NCBI RefSeq assembly: GCF_006345805.1
Contig: NC_043002.1
Span: 29,202,001 to 29,266,000, forward strand
DNA: 64,000 bases
Source of the DNA: Octopus sinensis
Taxonomy: Eukaryota
Reading direction: 5' to 3'
The notes beneath the pieces are model-generated. The model did no database searches and had not been told where the DNA came from. It saw only the letters and a list, made by a program, of their open reading frames with translations. The position numbers and the translations under genes are program-made. Positions 1-11,960 of this stretch are shown piece after piece. Every line of letters begins with the position of its first letter. Positions within the stretch are counted from its first letter, which is position 1.

Positions 1-705
1 TGCAGTGTTTCTCCCCTGTTCATCGATTTTTGCGATAGCTGAAACGAAGGAACAGCGCGCTTCAATGAAAATCTGTTTTCTGCTGGGGAAACAGCGGCCA
101 AAACAGTTGCAATACTTCAAACAGCTCAAAAGGACGTTGGCATGAGCAAAACACAAGTTTACGAATGGTTTTCATGCTTTAGAAATGGTCACTTGAAGAC
201 CAACCGTCGAGCACCCGAATAAATGAAAACATCAAAAAATTCATGAACTGATCTTCGAGGACTGTCACCAACCGATTGACGAATATTTCGATACTGTTGA
301 TGCGTCCTGGAACTCCTGCCAACGAATTTTGAACGAGAAATTGCGAATGAAAAGAGTTGCAGCAAAATATTGTATCTCCTCCGCTCACGGAAGATCAAAT
401 GCAGTCACGACTGAATGCGTGTCATGAACTGAGAGAACAGTTGGAAGTTGATCCGGACCTTTCATCGAAGATCATCACTGGTGACGAAAGCTGGTACTAC
501 AGAATTTGCATATGTGGAAGAGGTAAAGAATAAAACAACGGAAGCGTTAAAAGCCTTCACTTTGCAAAAGTTCCGGCACTGCTTCGAATAGTTGAAAATG
601 CGCTTCAACCGATTCAAATGGAGAATACTTTGAAGGCGATAAAAGTGTAAACGTGAATACAATAATATTGGAAAATTCCTGTTTCTTTTGGGTTCACTCC
701 TCGTA
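1..705 (+). mobile_element. Mariner (Tc1/mariner) transposon relic, internally deleted, 3' TIR present
   Basis: Frameshifted translation gives EQRASMKICF..TAAKTV..MSKTQVYEWFSCFRNG, then RILNEKLRMKRVAAK and KIITGDESWYY (471-500). It jumps directly to the C-terminus ...NGEYFEGD and ends in a TIR-like tcttttgggttcactcctcgTA at 705. Confidence 0.9.
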
Positions 706-1079
706 TGTTGAAACACCTGAATGACCCTTTAAGCTTAAACATTAAATGATCTTCTCATATATGTGACGGTTGCATACACATATGGATTGTTCAACAGATT
801 GACTTTTAGTCACTCATCAAAAAACTTCAAACTGTAGTCGAAGGAATTCCTTTTTAGCGCTACTGCAAAGTACTGCAACGCTTTTGCTTGAACTAACTAT
901 TTGAATATCTCCTTCACCTAATAGTAGCCGTTACACTTGGTACCCTTTACGCCATTCCCAACACTATCTCTTGTCCTCAATCTTTCGCCATCTTTATGCC
1001 TGTTAAAATACACACACTGGTTCTATTACCCTTCTATATATTTCGTAATTTTTAACTACTTAAATAATCAATTAACCAT

Positions 1080-1620
1080 TGTTAGATTTAATCATTTGGT
1101 TAAACAATAATTTATGTTTTTGTAAGCCATATAGTTGCCATTCTTGAATCACATGCCTTCTATAATCCAGATCATCTTTAGTTCTGTTTATCTGTATGTG
1201 ATTCGTCCTATATTCATGTAGTTGTATGGATGTGAGTGATAAAGGGCGTGAGGAGATAAGGAAGATGATGTGGAATAAACGAAGTGTATAGTTAAATATC
1301 TTTAAAATCATTGATATTACAAGGCATCGCCATCTGTGAAGTGAAAAGTGACTTCCAAAGTTAGACGTTGCCGTCATAGTAGAAAAGAAATCAGTACTTA
1401 TCAATTGTTATCCTTGAAGTGAAGCAAGTTGTAGAGTGCATTTGACATATTTGGTATAAATACGAACGCCTTGGACCAAATACAACGGCATGTCATTCTG
1501 GTTCTCTCAATTCTACCAAATCTTCTGATTATCTAAACTGACAAGCAATATAATTCCCTTAATCCATTATCTGAATCTAATTACATTTCACTTATTCATT
1601 AAAGCTGCAGTATCATTCCC
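1080..1620 (-). mobile_element. Possible very degraded non-LTR (RTE-like) reverse transcriptase fragment
   Basis: Patchy minus-strand similarity to RGI.LLSV..KIFGRI and LRQ...DF.K motifs across frameshifts. Weak. Confidence 0.25.
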
Positions 1621-1760
1621 CAACAAATTCAAAATAAACCACCTTAAATGTTATACTTCGGGAAGGATCTTGAAAATCTTTCAATATTTTAATATCACAG
1701 ATATCCGGAAATATGTCTGTAGGAATAAAACTATGAATTCATATGTACACACACACAAAT

Positions 1761-1820
<60 letters not shown>

Positions 1821-1961
1821 CATACACATACATGTATATCAGAGGTATTGGTATCTAGAATACCTAAGGTGTGTGTGCATATTTATGTACGTATGTATGT
1901 ATATGTGTATATGTATATACGTGTATATGTATGTGTGTGTGTAAGTATATATTGAGCGCGT

Positions 1962-2150
1962 GTGTATCGTTGGCAATTTTTTATCCTCCGTCTTCCCTTC
2001 CTTGGATCTTTCATTTTCATATGTTTCTGACGAAGAGCTCCGCTCGAAACGTTCTTTCTTTCTTTCATTTCCTGAGCGTCCAATAACGCTATACTTGTTC
2101 CACGTCCTCGCGTTGTGTTTTCTGTTTGTGTTTTCATGTTTGGATTAACT
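1962..2150 (+). mobile_element. Short PLE pLTR-like / retrozyme-like unit with hammerhead core
   Basis: CTGACGA-AGAGC-tcc-GCTC-GAAACGTT at 2027-2053. Downstream ttcctgagcgt...ccac...cg..ttgtgtttt resembles the units at 17445, 30660 and 45525. Flanked by TG/TA microsatellites. Confidence 0.7.
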
Positions 2151-2163
2151 TTATATATATGTG

Positions 2164-2195
<32 letters not shown>

Positions 2196-2449
2196 AATAT
2201 ATGATAGAGAGAGAGAGAGAGAGAGAGATACATGCATGCGTACGGGTTTAAATACACAAGTACATAGGCCTATATAATAATGCATATACACACGAATATA
2301 TGCACATGTGTGCGTGCGTATATCGATATACATTTCTTTCTTTCTTTCTTCCTTCCCTTCTTTCTTTCTGATTCCTCTACCTACACTATCACATTACCCA
2401 TAAGTCTATTCATAAAAACTTGACCATTCTTAGTATTCTTCCCTTCCAC

Positions 2450-3229
2450 TTTGTGGTTTACGACTCACTTAAGGAAATGCCCCTTCTATACCTATTTCTC
2501 TATCAATCCCTTAATGTCGTTCTAACATATCATCGCACCTCACACATACTCATTATTTTCTTTCTTTTCTCTTCCTACCCATACCCTACTCCTCTCCCAC
2601 CCCCTCATAATATCTTAATACCGAAAATACGCTCCTTCTTTCACTTTCTTACATATTTTTTCACTTTCTCTTCTTGTTTTCATTTTCTCTTCCCTCTTTC
2701 CTTCCTTCTTCTTTTCTCATATTTTACCTTTGACCGCCCTCTTCATTTTAACATACAAATCTCTTCTCTCCTCTTTATCGACTTAATACTACCACTACAT
2801 TCTCAAATTTTCATCCACACCACGAGACCCCTCTGAATGAACAGCGCATGGAATAAACGGCTCCACACTCGCCATTTGTGATGACAAAATATGAAGTCCT
2901 ATTGGAATTTACAAACTACGGACAGGATGCATTTCTACAACTTCTACTCACCACTTTCCTTGGATAATAGAACTGCAACTATAACATCTTTATACATTTT
3001 TATTTTTATTTCTATATTCCTTCTCCTATTTCCCTATATACTCCTTATTTGCTTCCTTTTCCAAAATAACTCCTCATATTACCATAATATTTCCCTCTAT
3101 TTAACTTTTTCAAATTGTCTCTGATGAAGGGATATCCCTAACATTCCAGAAACAGCTGTAAGACTAACTTTCTCTTTATAAATGTCCTGAAATTTCCACA
3201 CGGCCTTAGCTTTATTATCTCATTTTATT

Positions 3230-3230
<1 letters not shown>
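2450..3230 (+). mobile_element. Penelope-like element 3' end / pLTR
   Basis: GIY-YIG tail-like peptide KEMPLLYLFLYQSLNV near 2470-2520, then a pyrimidine-rich UTR and an intact hammerhead at 3117-3164. Confidence 0.6.
3117..3164 (+). ncRNA. Type I minimal hammerhead ribozyme
   Basis: Stem I GUCU/AGAC; core CUGAUGA (3121-3127); stem II GGGAUAU/ACAUUCC; GAAA (3149-3152); palindromic stem III ACAGCUGU; GUA cleavage triplet (3158-3160). Confidence 0.85.
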
Positions 3231-3302
<72 letters not shown>

Positions 3303-3677
3303 GCATATATGTACGTGTGTGTGTATTTGTATATATAGATATACCTCTGCATAAGTATTTATAATAGGCATGTAAGCATATATGTATATATATCACTTGG
3401 GAAAAGAAATATAAACTAACGGTGCCTGCAAAAATCTCAAATAATCTCAAGATTAGTTCTAAAACGCCACTGGGTAGAAAACGAAATTATTGCACTGATA
3501 AACACATGGTACGCTCAATAGTGTAAATGCTAATGTCTACTGTAAAATCGCCGAAAATTTAGCGTCATGTCCGTTTACAGATCTGTGAAACAGACCGAGA
3601 GCAAAATAAAAGAAATCACAAGATCATTTCATATCGTACACACGCACAAAGTAACATTAGAAGATATACTTGTCAAA

Positions 3678-4140
3678 GGCGGCGAGCTGGCAGAAACGTT
3701 AGCACGCCGGGCGAAATGCGTAGCCGTATTTTGTCTGCCGTTACATTCTGAGTTCAAATTCCGCCGAGGTCGACTTTGCCTTTCATCCTTTCGGGGTCGA
3801 TAAATTAAGTACCAGTTACGCACTGGGGTCGATGTAATCGATTTAACCCGTTTGTCTGTCCTTGTTCGTCCCCTCTGTGTTTAGCCCCTTGTGGGTAGTA
3901 AAGAAATAAAGGCGGCGAGCTGGTAGAATCGGTAGCACGCCGGGCAAAATGCTTTGTGGTATTTCGTCCTCCGCTGCATTCTGAGTTCAAATTCCGCCAA
4001 GGTCGACTTTGCCTTTCATCCTTTCGGGGTCGGTAAATTAAGTACCAGTTACGCACTGGGATCAGTGTAATCGATATAGTCCCTTTGTCTGTCCTTGTTT
4101 GTTCCCTCTATGTTTAGCCCCTTGTGGGCAATGAAGAATT
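3678..4140 (+). mobile_element. tRNA-derived SINE family A, head-to-tail dimer with 15-bp TSD
   Basis: A-box tggcagaaacgt and B-box gttcaaattcc; central ccgaggtcgactttgcctttcatcctttcggggtcgata (Meta/MESC-like domain, from memory). Two copies at 3678-3908 and 3911-4140. TSD agatatacttgtcaa at 3662-3676 and 4141-4155. Confidence 0.9.
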
Positions 4141-4240
4141 AGATATACTTGTCAATAGATATAGTGCACCAACTGACCTAGTATCAACATGTCAGAGATC
4201 ACCTCAACAGCCCGTTAACCAGCAGCAAGCAGCATCCCCT

Positions 4241-4454
4241 CTGGTATCGCTATCTGACTTAATTCCACCCAGCACTACAGTTGCAGGCCAGGCTCACTAC
4301 CGCAACAACAACAGCCTGCTACTGCTGCTACAATAGTACCACCTTGTTGGTATCACTATCTGAATTGATTCCACCCAGCCCTACTGTTGCAAACTAGGTT
4401 TCTCTACCGCTTCGACAACAACAGTCTGCTACTGCTACTACAATAGGACCACTT
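4241..4454. repeat. Two diverged tandem copies of a ~107-bp unit
   Basis: tggtatc.ctatctga.tt.attccacccagc.ctac.gttgca...caacag.ctgctactgct.ctacaatag.accac occurs twice. Confidence 0.85.
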
Positions 4455-4463
4455 TTATATATA

Positions 4464-4689
4464 AATTTTAATACATGCATCCGATCGTTTCGAACAGCAA
4501 TATTAACATGCAAATAACATGAAAGAATAATTAGAAATTATTTAAATTGAATTAAATTAATTACATATTACTGTTTTCCACAGTACAAGAAAAATGTATC
4601 AAAAGTTTATAATTATTGTTACAGAAGACTTGAGTGAGGAAATAGCAAATAACATATTCAGATATACACTACTACTACTACTACTACTA

Positions 4690-4727
<38 letters not shown>

Positions 4728-5731
4728 GTTTTCATTATATATCTCCCGTTTTCCTCTATCTCGTCCGTACTAACAGTCATACAAATACACAAATCCACAA
4801 CATATATGCTTTCATAGATATGCATACAAACATACATACACAGCCACACACACACACTCAAATATGCACAAGGGTCTATTTATAGTAGCCTAATAAAATC
4901 TATATTCGCACAAAAATTTCTTTTTTCTTAAAAATAACTTCTTTAAATATACACCATACTTATGTATTACTTATAACTTTCAAGTCATACCCTGATTCAA
5001 ATAAAACTATGCTATCCCAATGGACATCTCTATCTTATTTCCTATGATAAGAATAAAATACGTATATCCGAATATGTTATTTTCTACTTCCTCCATCAAA
5101 TCATATGCAACAATAATGATAATTTTTAATGCATTCATAAGCATAAAATATGTATATAGGCGCAGGAGTGGCTGTGTGGTAAAAAAACTTGCTTAGCAAA
5201 CACATGGTTCCGGGTTCAGTCTCACTGCGTGGTACCTTGGGCAAGTGTCTTCTACTATAGCCTCGGGTCAACCAAAGCCTTTGTAAGTGGATTTTGTAGA
5301 TGGAAACTGAAAGAAGCCCGTCGTATATATGTATATGTACGTGTGTGTATATATTTGTGAGTCTGTGTTTGTTCCCCCAACATCGCTTGACAACTGATGG
5401 TGGTGTGTTGACGTCCTCGTGATTTAGCGGTTCGGCAAAAGAGACAGATATAATGAGTTCTAGGCTTCCTGGGGCCCATTTGATCGACTAAAGGCGGTGC
5501 TCCAGCAAATGACTGAAACGAGTAAAAGAGATATCCGAATAGGTTATTTGCAACTTCTTCCATTAAGTCTTCTGTAACAATAATAATAATTTTTGAAGCA
5601 TTTTCTTTACAGTAAGGAAAACAGTAATATGTAATAAATGTAATTCAATTAAATTAATTTCTAATTTTTCTACCATGTTATTTACATATTAATGTTGTTG
5701 TTCGAAGCGATCGTATGCATGTATTAAAATT
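4464..5731. repeat. ~200-bp diverged inverted repeat pair (4464-4665 / 5531-5731)
   Basis: The reverse complement of 5531-5731 aligns to 4464-4665 by eye (aattttaatacatgcat.cgatcg.ttcgaaca... to ...ttattgttacagaagactt...caaataac.tattc.gatat). A third partial copy lies at ~5065-5135. Confidence 0.85.
5159..5530 (+). mobile_element. tRNA-derived CORE-type SINE family B (OR2-like)
   Basis: A-box tggctgtgtggt, B-box gggttcagtc, CORE-like accttgggcaagtgtctt, internal TA/TG microsatellite, and tail ggcggtgctccagc...gactgaaac.agtaaaagag. Confidence 0.85.
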
Positions 5732-5865
5732 CTTTTTTAAGATTTTAACATCTTCTCTTCTCCATCTTTAACACGTTGTTGCGTTTCTATTGGATGTCTT
5801 TTGATAAATTCTCATCACATACCATATGCATACACACCACACACACATATATATAAATATATATG

Positions 5866-5925
<60 letters not shown>

Positions 5926-6524
5926 AATGTTATATATATATATAGGTGAGTATTAGTGTGCATTTATACATGCGCATGCGCCCATAGCAAATATATATAT
6001 ATATAATATAACACACATATAAACACACATATTTATAGATACATATATATAATATATATATATATATATTTACTACATAATAATCCATTATAGTTATATA
6101 TACTAAAGATACCTGTAATGATGGCAGCAACAACATCGATGACGATGATGGTGGTGGTGTTGGTGGTGATTTCAATAAGAACAATAACAGTATTAAATTG
6201 GACGTTTAAAAAGAAAAATAGATATAGAAAACGAAGAAAAAGAAGGAGAAGAAGAAGATGAAGATGTTGATGACGACGACTAGGACGATGATGAGAATCA
6301 TGACGAGGAGAAGAAGGAGTATATGCTTATGATGACAAAGATGAGGAGGAGGATAAAGGGAGGGAGGATGAGGAGGGATAGATGATGAAGTGGAGAGGAT
6401 TTTGGTGTTGGCAATGATAAACGATAAAATCAGAGAAAATCATACAACAATAATATTGATTCATATAAGCGTAAAGGGGTCGGAAAACTGTACACCGCAC
6501 TAGTTATTTCAGTTCCAGCCGTTT

Positions 6525-6715
6525 CCTTCTTGTTCTTGTTCTTGTTCTTCTTGTTCTTCTTGTTCCTCTCCTTTTTCTTCTTCTTCTTCTTCTTCTTCTT
6601 CTTCTTCTTCTTCTTCTTCTTCTTCTTCTTCTTCTTCTTCTTCTTCTTCTTCTTCTTCTTCTTCATCATCATGATCATGATCATCAGGAACATCATGGTC
6701 ATCATCATGATCATC
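6525..6715. repeat. (TTC)n/(ATC)n microsatellite
   Basis: Direct inspection; it explains the poly-K and poly-F ORFs. Confidence 0.95.
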
Positions 6716-6741
6716 TTGTTGTTTTCATTTCCATGCTATAT

Positions 6742-6786
<45 letters not shown>

Positions 6787-7526
6787 TATATATGTACTTA
6801 TGTATATACGAATGTACAGGGATATATAATATATATATATATATATAATATATGTGTGTGTGTGTGTGTGGGGTGTGTGTGTGTGTATATATATATAATA
6901 CATATGTACAAGTATATATGTGCGCGCGCGTTTGTGTGCGTATGTGTATCGGTCGATCTCATCAGCTAATTCGGATCTCCCGGTTTTACACTCCAACGCC
7001 ACACATACTTTTACTCTTCAACACCCTTAAACATCCCACACCACTGCCCTCCAACATAACTCCGACCCATACAGCAGACACCATTTTTTTTTATATATCT
7101 CTTATCTTGTCGCCATTTGCTGAACCAGATTTCATCTCCATCCTAGTTATCATTAAGTAGGTTTAATGGTGATACGTTTTGAAGAGGCTATTTAGAAAAC
7201 ACCAGTCACACACTCAACAGAATATAAAAAGCTGGCAAGAAAATTTAATATTAAGAAAACGTAATGCACATAAATATATATAGATAGACAGACATGTATT
7301 ATATATGTATATGTATATGCATTCATGCACATACACAGACACACGCGCACACACATACACACACACGCACACATATGTATGTCTATGCATGCATGTATGT
7401 ATCTATGTATGTATCATTCTATCTGTCTATCTACCTAAGTGTATATCTATCTATCTATCTGTCTATCTACCTACGTGTGCATATATATATAGATAGATAG
7501 ATAGATACATATATATATACATATAT

Positions 7527-7989
7527 GTATTATCTGTGGACAACGGCGGGAGAAGGGTTCTATGTAGTGTATGACAACCGAATATATGCATATATATAGA
7601 TACATATATATAAATATATATACGTGTGTGTGTGTGTGTGTGTGTGTGTAAATATGTGTAGCTATATACAAATACAGATATATATGTGTGCGTATATACA
7701 TACCGTATGCATATATATATATGTATGTATACAACTCGGATACATAAAATGTATGCTAATAACTAAACCCTTGTGCATATGTGAGTGTATATATATATAT
7801 ATATATTATATATATATATATATATATATGCCAAACATATGTTGTGGATTTGTGTCTTTGTATATGTATGCATGCCTGTATGGCTATTAGTATGGACGAG
7901 ATACACGAAGACGATGAATATAAAAAGAAAATGAAGTAGTAGTAGTAGTAGTAGTGGTGGTGGTGGTGGTGATGGTGGTGGTGGTGGTC

Positions 7990-8029
<40 letters not shown>

Positions 8030-8040
8030 AAGTAGTAGTA

Positions 8041-8074
<34 letters not shown>

Positions 8075-8424
8075 AAGTAGTAGTAGTAGAAGTAGTAGTA
8101 GTAGTAGTCTATGACAAATAAAGGGATAATGATGTTGATTTTTATTAAAGTGATGAGAAGAATGTGTGCTAAGAAATAAAAGAGGCGGCAGACTGTTTAA
8201 AAGACGAGTGGGAAAATATACTTGAGGAAAGGAGTGTGCAAAAAAAAATGAATGAAATTAGGAAAGCTAAAATTTGTAAGTGTAGAGCATAAGTGTTGAA
8301 TAGAAATATAGAATACAGATGTAGAATATATACTTCAGCTGCAAGGAAGCGCATGGATTACAATAAAGTATTATCTGTGGACAACGGCGGGAGAAGGGTT
8401 CTATGTAGTGTATGACAACCGAAT
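7527..8424. repeat. Identical 57-bp direct repeat (7527-7583 and 8368-8424)
   Basis: gtattatctgtggacaacggcgggagaagggttctatgtagtgtatgacaaccgaat is present twice. Confidence 0.95.
7935..8108. repeat. (TAG)n/(TGG)n compound microsatellite
   Basis: Direct inspection. Confidence 0.95.
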
Positions 8425-9266
8425 CTTTATGAAATAAAATCGTATTCTTTAAACCAAGGACACATTGAATAATATAGTCCTAGGTACAACAGGACTGGAT
8501 GATCAAGAGTCCTATTTCATTGATCAAATATTTCTTCATGCAAGCTAACCTTGGAACTAAATAGCTTCAGCAGTGCGGAAGTAAAACTTAAAACTAAAAA
8601 TCTTAAAAGTTAAAATCTTAAAACTAATAGATATTTAAACTAACACCACCGCTTGTCATTATGGATGTCTTTAGTTGGGGGTCACATAGCGGAAAGCATT
8701 CGGTGTTCTGAACATATCACTGGTTTGAAGATCTCTCACACATACATTCCAAGCAATCCCAGAAGTCTTGTAAAATGTCATGAATAAAATCAAAAGAAGA
8801 AAGGGCCCCATATAGAACAATATAGACTACCGGCATGCACGTTGTGAGTTCAATCACTGGTACGATATATTTGTTTTATGGGACACTTTTTTTCATTTTG
8901 ATTAGACATTAGGGCTAACAAGTAGATCGCACAGTATATTATTTGGAGCAGACTGAATCCTTATTCAGGAAGGCGCTTTATTATGCATCTACTCAACGCT
9001 ACAAAGACCGAACATTGAAGAATATCTTCAGCATTATGAGTCTACTAAGACCTCTGCAGGTCACATATATATATTGCAATATTTAGAACAGAAACGTAGT
9101 ATGCAGTAGTCAACCGGCAATATCGTCAGATAAGACCACGTGATTTGAGAATTGAAAGGTTTACCGGAAACTAAGAAAAGTAGAGAGATGGGAAAGAAGG
9201 ATGGAGAGAATGAGATAAAGAGGAGAACTATATATGTATGTGTGTATGTAAATGTATATATATATA

Positions 9267-9308
<42 letters not shown>

Positions 9309-9444
9309 ATATATATATATATATAATTATATATATGTGAGTGTGTGTGTGTGTATGTGTGTATATGTATATATTTGTATATATGCATATGTATATTTAT
9401 ATAAATGTAAATATACATATATATGTTATGTGTATATACATATA

Positions 9445-9483
<39 letters not shown>

Positions 9484-9666
9484 ATATATACATACATGCA
9501 TAATATATATATATTATATATATATATATATATGTATAAATATATTATATATATATATATACATACACACACACACAACATATATATATTATATATATAA
9601 TATATATGGGGTTGTGTATATATACATGCATTATATATATATATATATATATATGTATAAATATAT

Positions 9667-9698
<32 letters not shown>

Positions 9699-9728
9699 TA
9701 TATCTATATAATATATATATATATATAG

Positions 9729-9764
<36 letters not shown>

Positions 9765-10062
9765 ATATACATATATATGAGCTCACACACTTGAAACGGC
9801 AGAAATTCGCAGTGCTGGAGAGAAGTCTTTGCTTCTCTAACGGTGATAAAGCAAGTTATGAGCTAAGGAAATGAAATGAATACTAATAACTATTAGGGTG
9901 AAAAATTTATGCTTTGAATGGTCCCCTGTGACGTCAGTAGGTTGGGGAAATAGTTTGTGGTGGGGTTTGCCATAACTGACAGACTTTGAGTGGAAACATC
10001 TTATACATATAAACATATACACAAATGCACAGCCTCTCTCTCTTTCCCTCTCTCTCTCTCTC

Positions 10063-10115
<53 letters not shown>

Positions 10116-11119
10116 GTGTGTGTGGGGGGGTTGTTTCTGTGAGCGCATATGTACGTGTGCATATGAGAGTGCATGTATGCATATATGTGTCCGTGTGTAT
10201 GTGTATAACTCGGAGTAAGCTCTGCATGTATGCATGTACGCAGATTCACATATACACATATATATTACATGAAACATGTGCGTGTGATTGCGTGGGTTTA
10301 TGTGTATATCTGTGTGTGTGTGTGTGTGTGTGGTGTTTGTGTGTTTATGCATGTACAGGCACGTTTCTCCGTTCTTGCTTATGTGTATGTAACAGAATAT
10401 GGCAGTTGGAGAGGGAAGAGATGATATTGTCGGCCATATTGCGACGAAGCAGTCACTTTGTGTTCAACAGCATATATATCATATGGACGTATAAAGTTAG
10501 TATGGTGGTTATGGCGGTGGAGGCGGTGCAGAGGTGGAGGTGGTGGTGGTAATGTTGGTGTTATTGTTGTTGCTGCTGTTGTTGTTGTTGGTGCTGGTGG
10601 TGCTTGTGGCCGCAATGGTCGTGTTGGCGGCGGTGGTGGTGTTGGCAGTGGTAGTTGCAATGAGGCTAAGTGCTATAATACTGGCGTGTGTGCGCGTATG
10701 CGTACGTGTATGTGTGTGAGTGTGCGAACGTACGTGAGACACACACACACACACACACGTATACACACACACACACACTCACACACAACCACGCACGCAC
10801 ACGCTACAATAGAGTAAAATCTTGAAAGAATATGAAAGAGATAAGAATGAAGGAGAAGAACGATCGAGTTGAGTGTGAATGAGTTTCTGAACGTGCAAAA
10901 AGGAAAATAAAGAGTTACAGAGAAGGAAAATGAGACAATAAGTGAAAGAGGAAAATAATGTGAATGGGATAAGAGAGAAGGTGTGAGATGGCGGAAAGAG
11001 ATAGAAAGAGATTTAGTGATAGAAGGATTATGATTGGAGTTAGTGAGGGCATATGGACCGTACGGTGAAGAAAGAAGAGGAAGAAAGAATAATGTAAATC
11101 AGATCATTCAAGAGTACAG

Positions 11120-11149
<30 letters not shown>

Positions 11150-11158
<9 letters not shown>

Positions 11159-11850
11159 AGTGAGAGAGTAAAGAGGACGTGAGCTAGGAGAGAGGAAGGG
11201 GAGATGGAGAGAGAAATGTTAAAAAAGGGAAAGGGTGATGGGGAGAGACACTGGAAGAGAGACAGAGAGAAGGAAAGAATGTGGAAGATGGGAGGGAGAG
11301 AGAGATAGAGACTGAGAGAGAGGAAGAGAGAGTGAGTAAAGAGGACGTGAGCTAGGAGAGAGGAAGGGGAGATGGAGAAAGGGAGGGTGTAAAAAAGGGA
11401 AAGGGTGATGGGGAGAGACACTGGAAGAGAGAGAGAGAAGGAAAGAATGTGGAAGATGGGAGGGAGAGAGAGATAGAGACTGAGAGAGAGGAAGAGAGAG
11501 TGAGTAAAGAGGACGTGAGCTAGGAGAGAGGAAGGGGAGATGGAGAACGTGATGGAGAGAGATGGTGTAAAAACGGGAAAAGGTGATACGGAGAGATACT
11601 GGAAGAGAGAGAGAAGGAGAGAATGATGAAGATGGGAGGGAGAGAGATAGAGACTGAGAGAGAGGGAGAAAGTGAGAGAGAAGAGAGTGAAGAGAACGTG
11701 AGCTAGGAGAGAGGAAGGGGAGATGGAGAGAGCTGTGTAAAGAAAGGGAAAGGGTGATGGGGAGAGACACTGGAAGAGAGAGAGAGAAGGAAAGAATGTG
11801 GAAGATGGGAGGGAGAGAGAGATAGAGACTGAGAGAGAGGAAGAGAGAGA
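11150..11850. repeat. Purine-rich tandem repeat, ~168-183-bp unit, ~4 copies
   Basis: Marker gtgagctaggagagaggaaggggagatggaga at 11179, 11347, 11515 and 11698. Confidence 0.9.
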
Positions 11851-11926
11851 TGAAGATTGGGGAGAGGGGGTGTGAAAGAGAAATATAGTGACAGAGAGAA
11901 ATAGGGAGAGACGGAGAAAGATAAGC

Positions 11927-11960
<34 letters not shown>

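Noticed and set aside
3678-3765. tRNA-like A/B boxes
   Set aside because: SINE heads; no complete cloverleaf, so not called as tRNA genes.
3567-4056. Recurrent peptides [14 protein letters not shown] / [16 protein letters not shown]
   Set aside because: Translations of SINE family A, not a gene family.
9929-9936. Perfect CRE site TGACGTCA
   Set aside because: One 8-mer in 64 kb is expected by chance; no promoter context.
9152-10817. Many overlapping ORFs rich in YI/CV/HT or homopolymers (also across the rest of the window)
   Set aside because: Translations of TA, TG, TATG and trinucleotide microsatellites; no coding signal.
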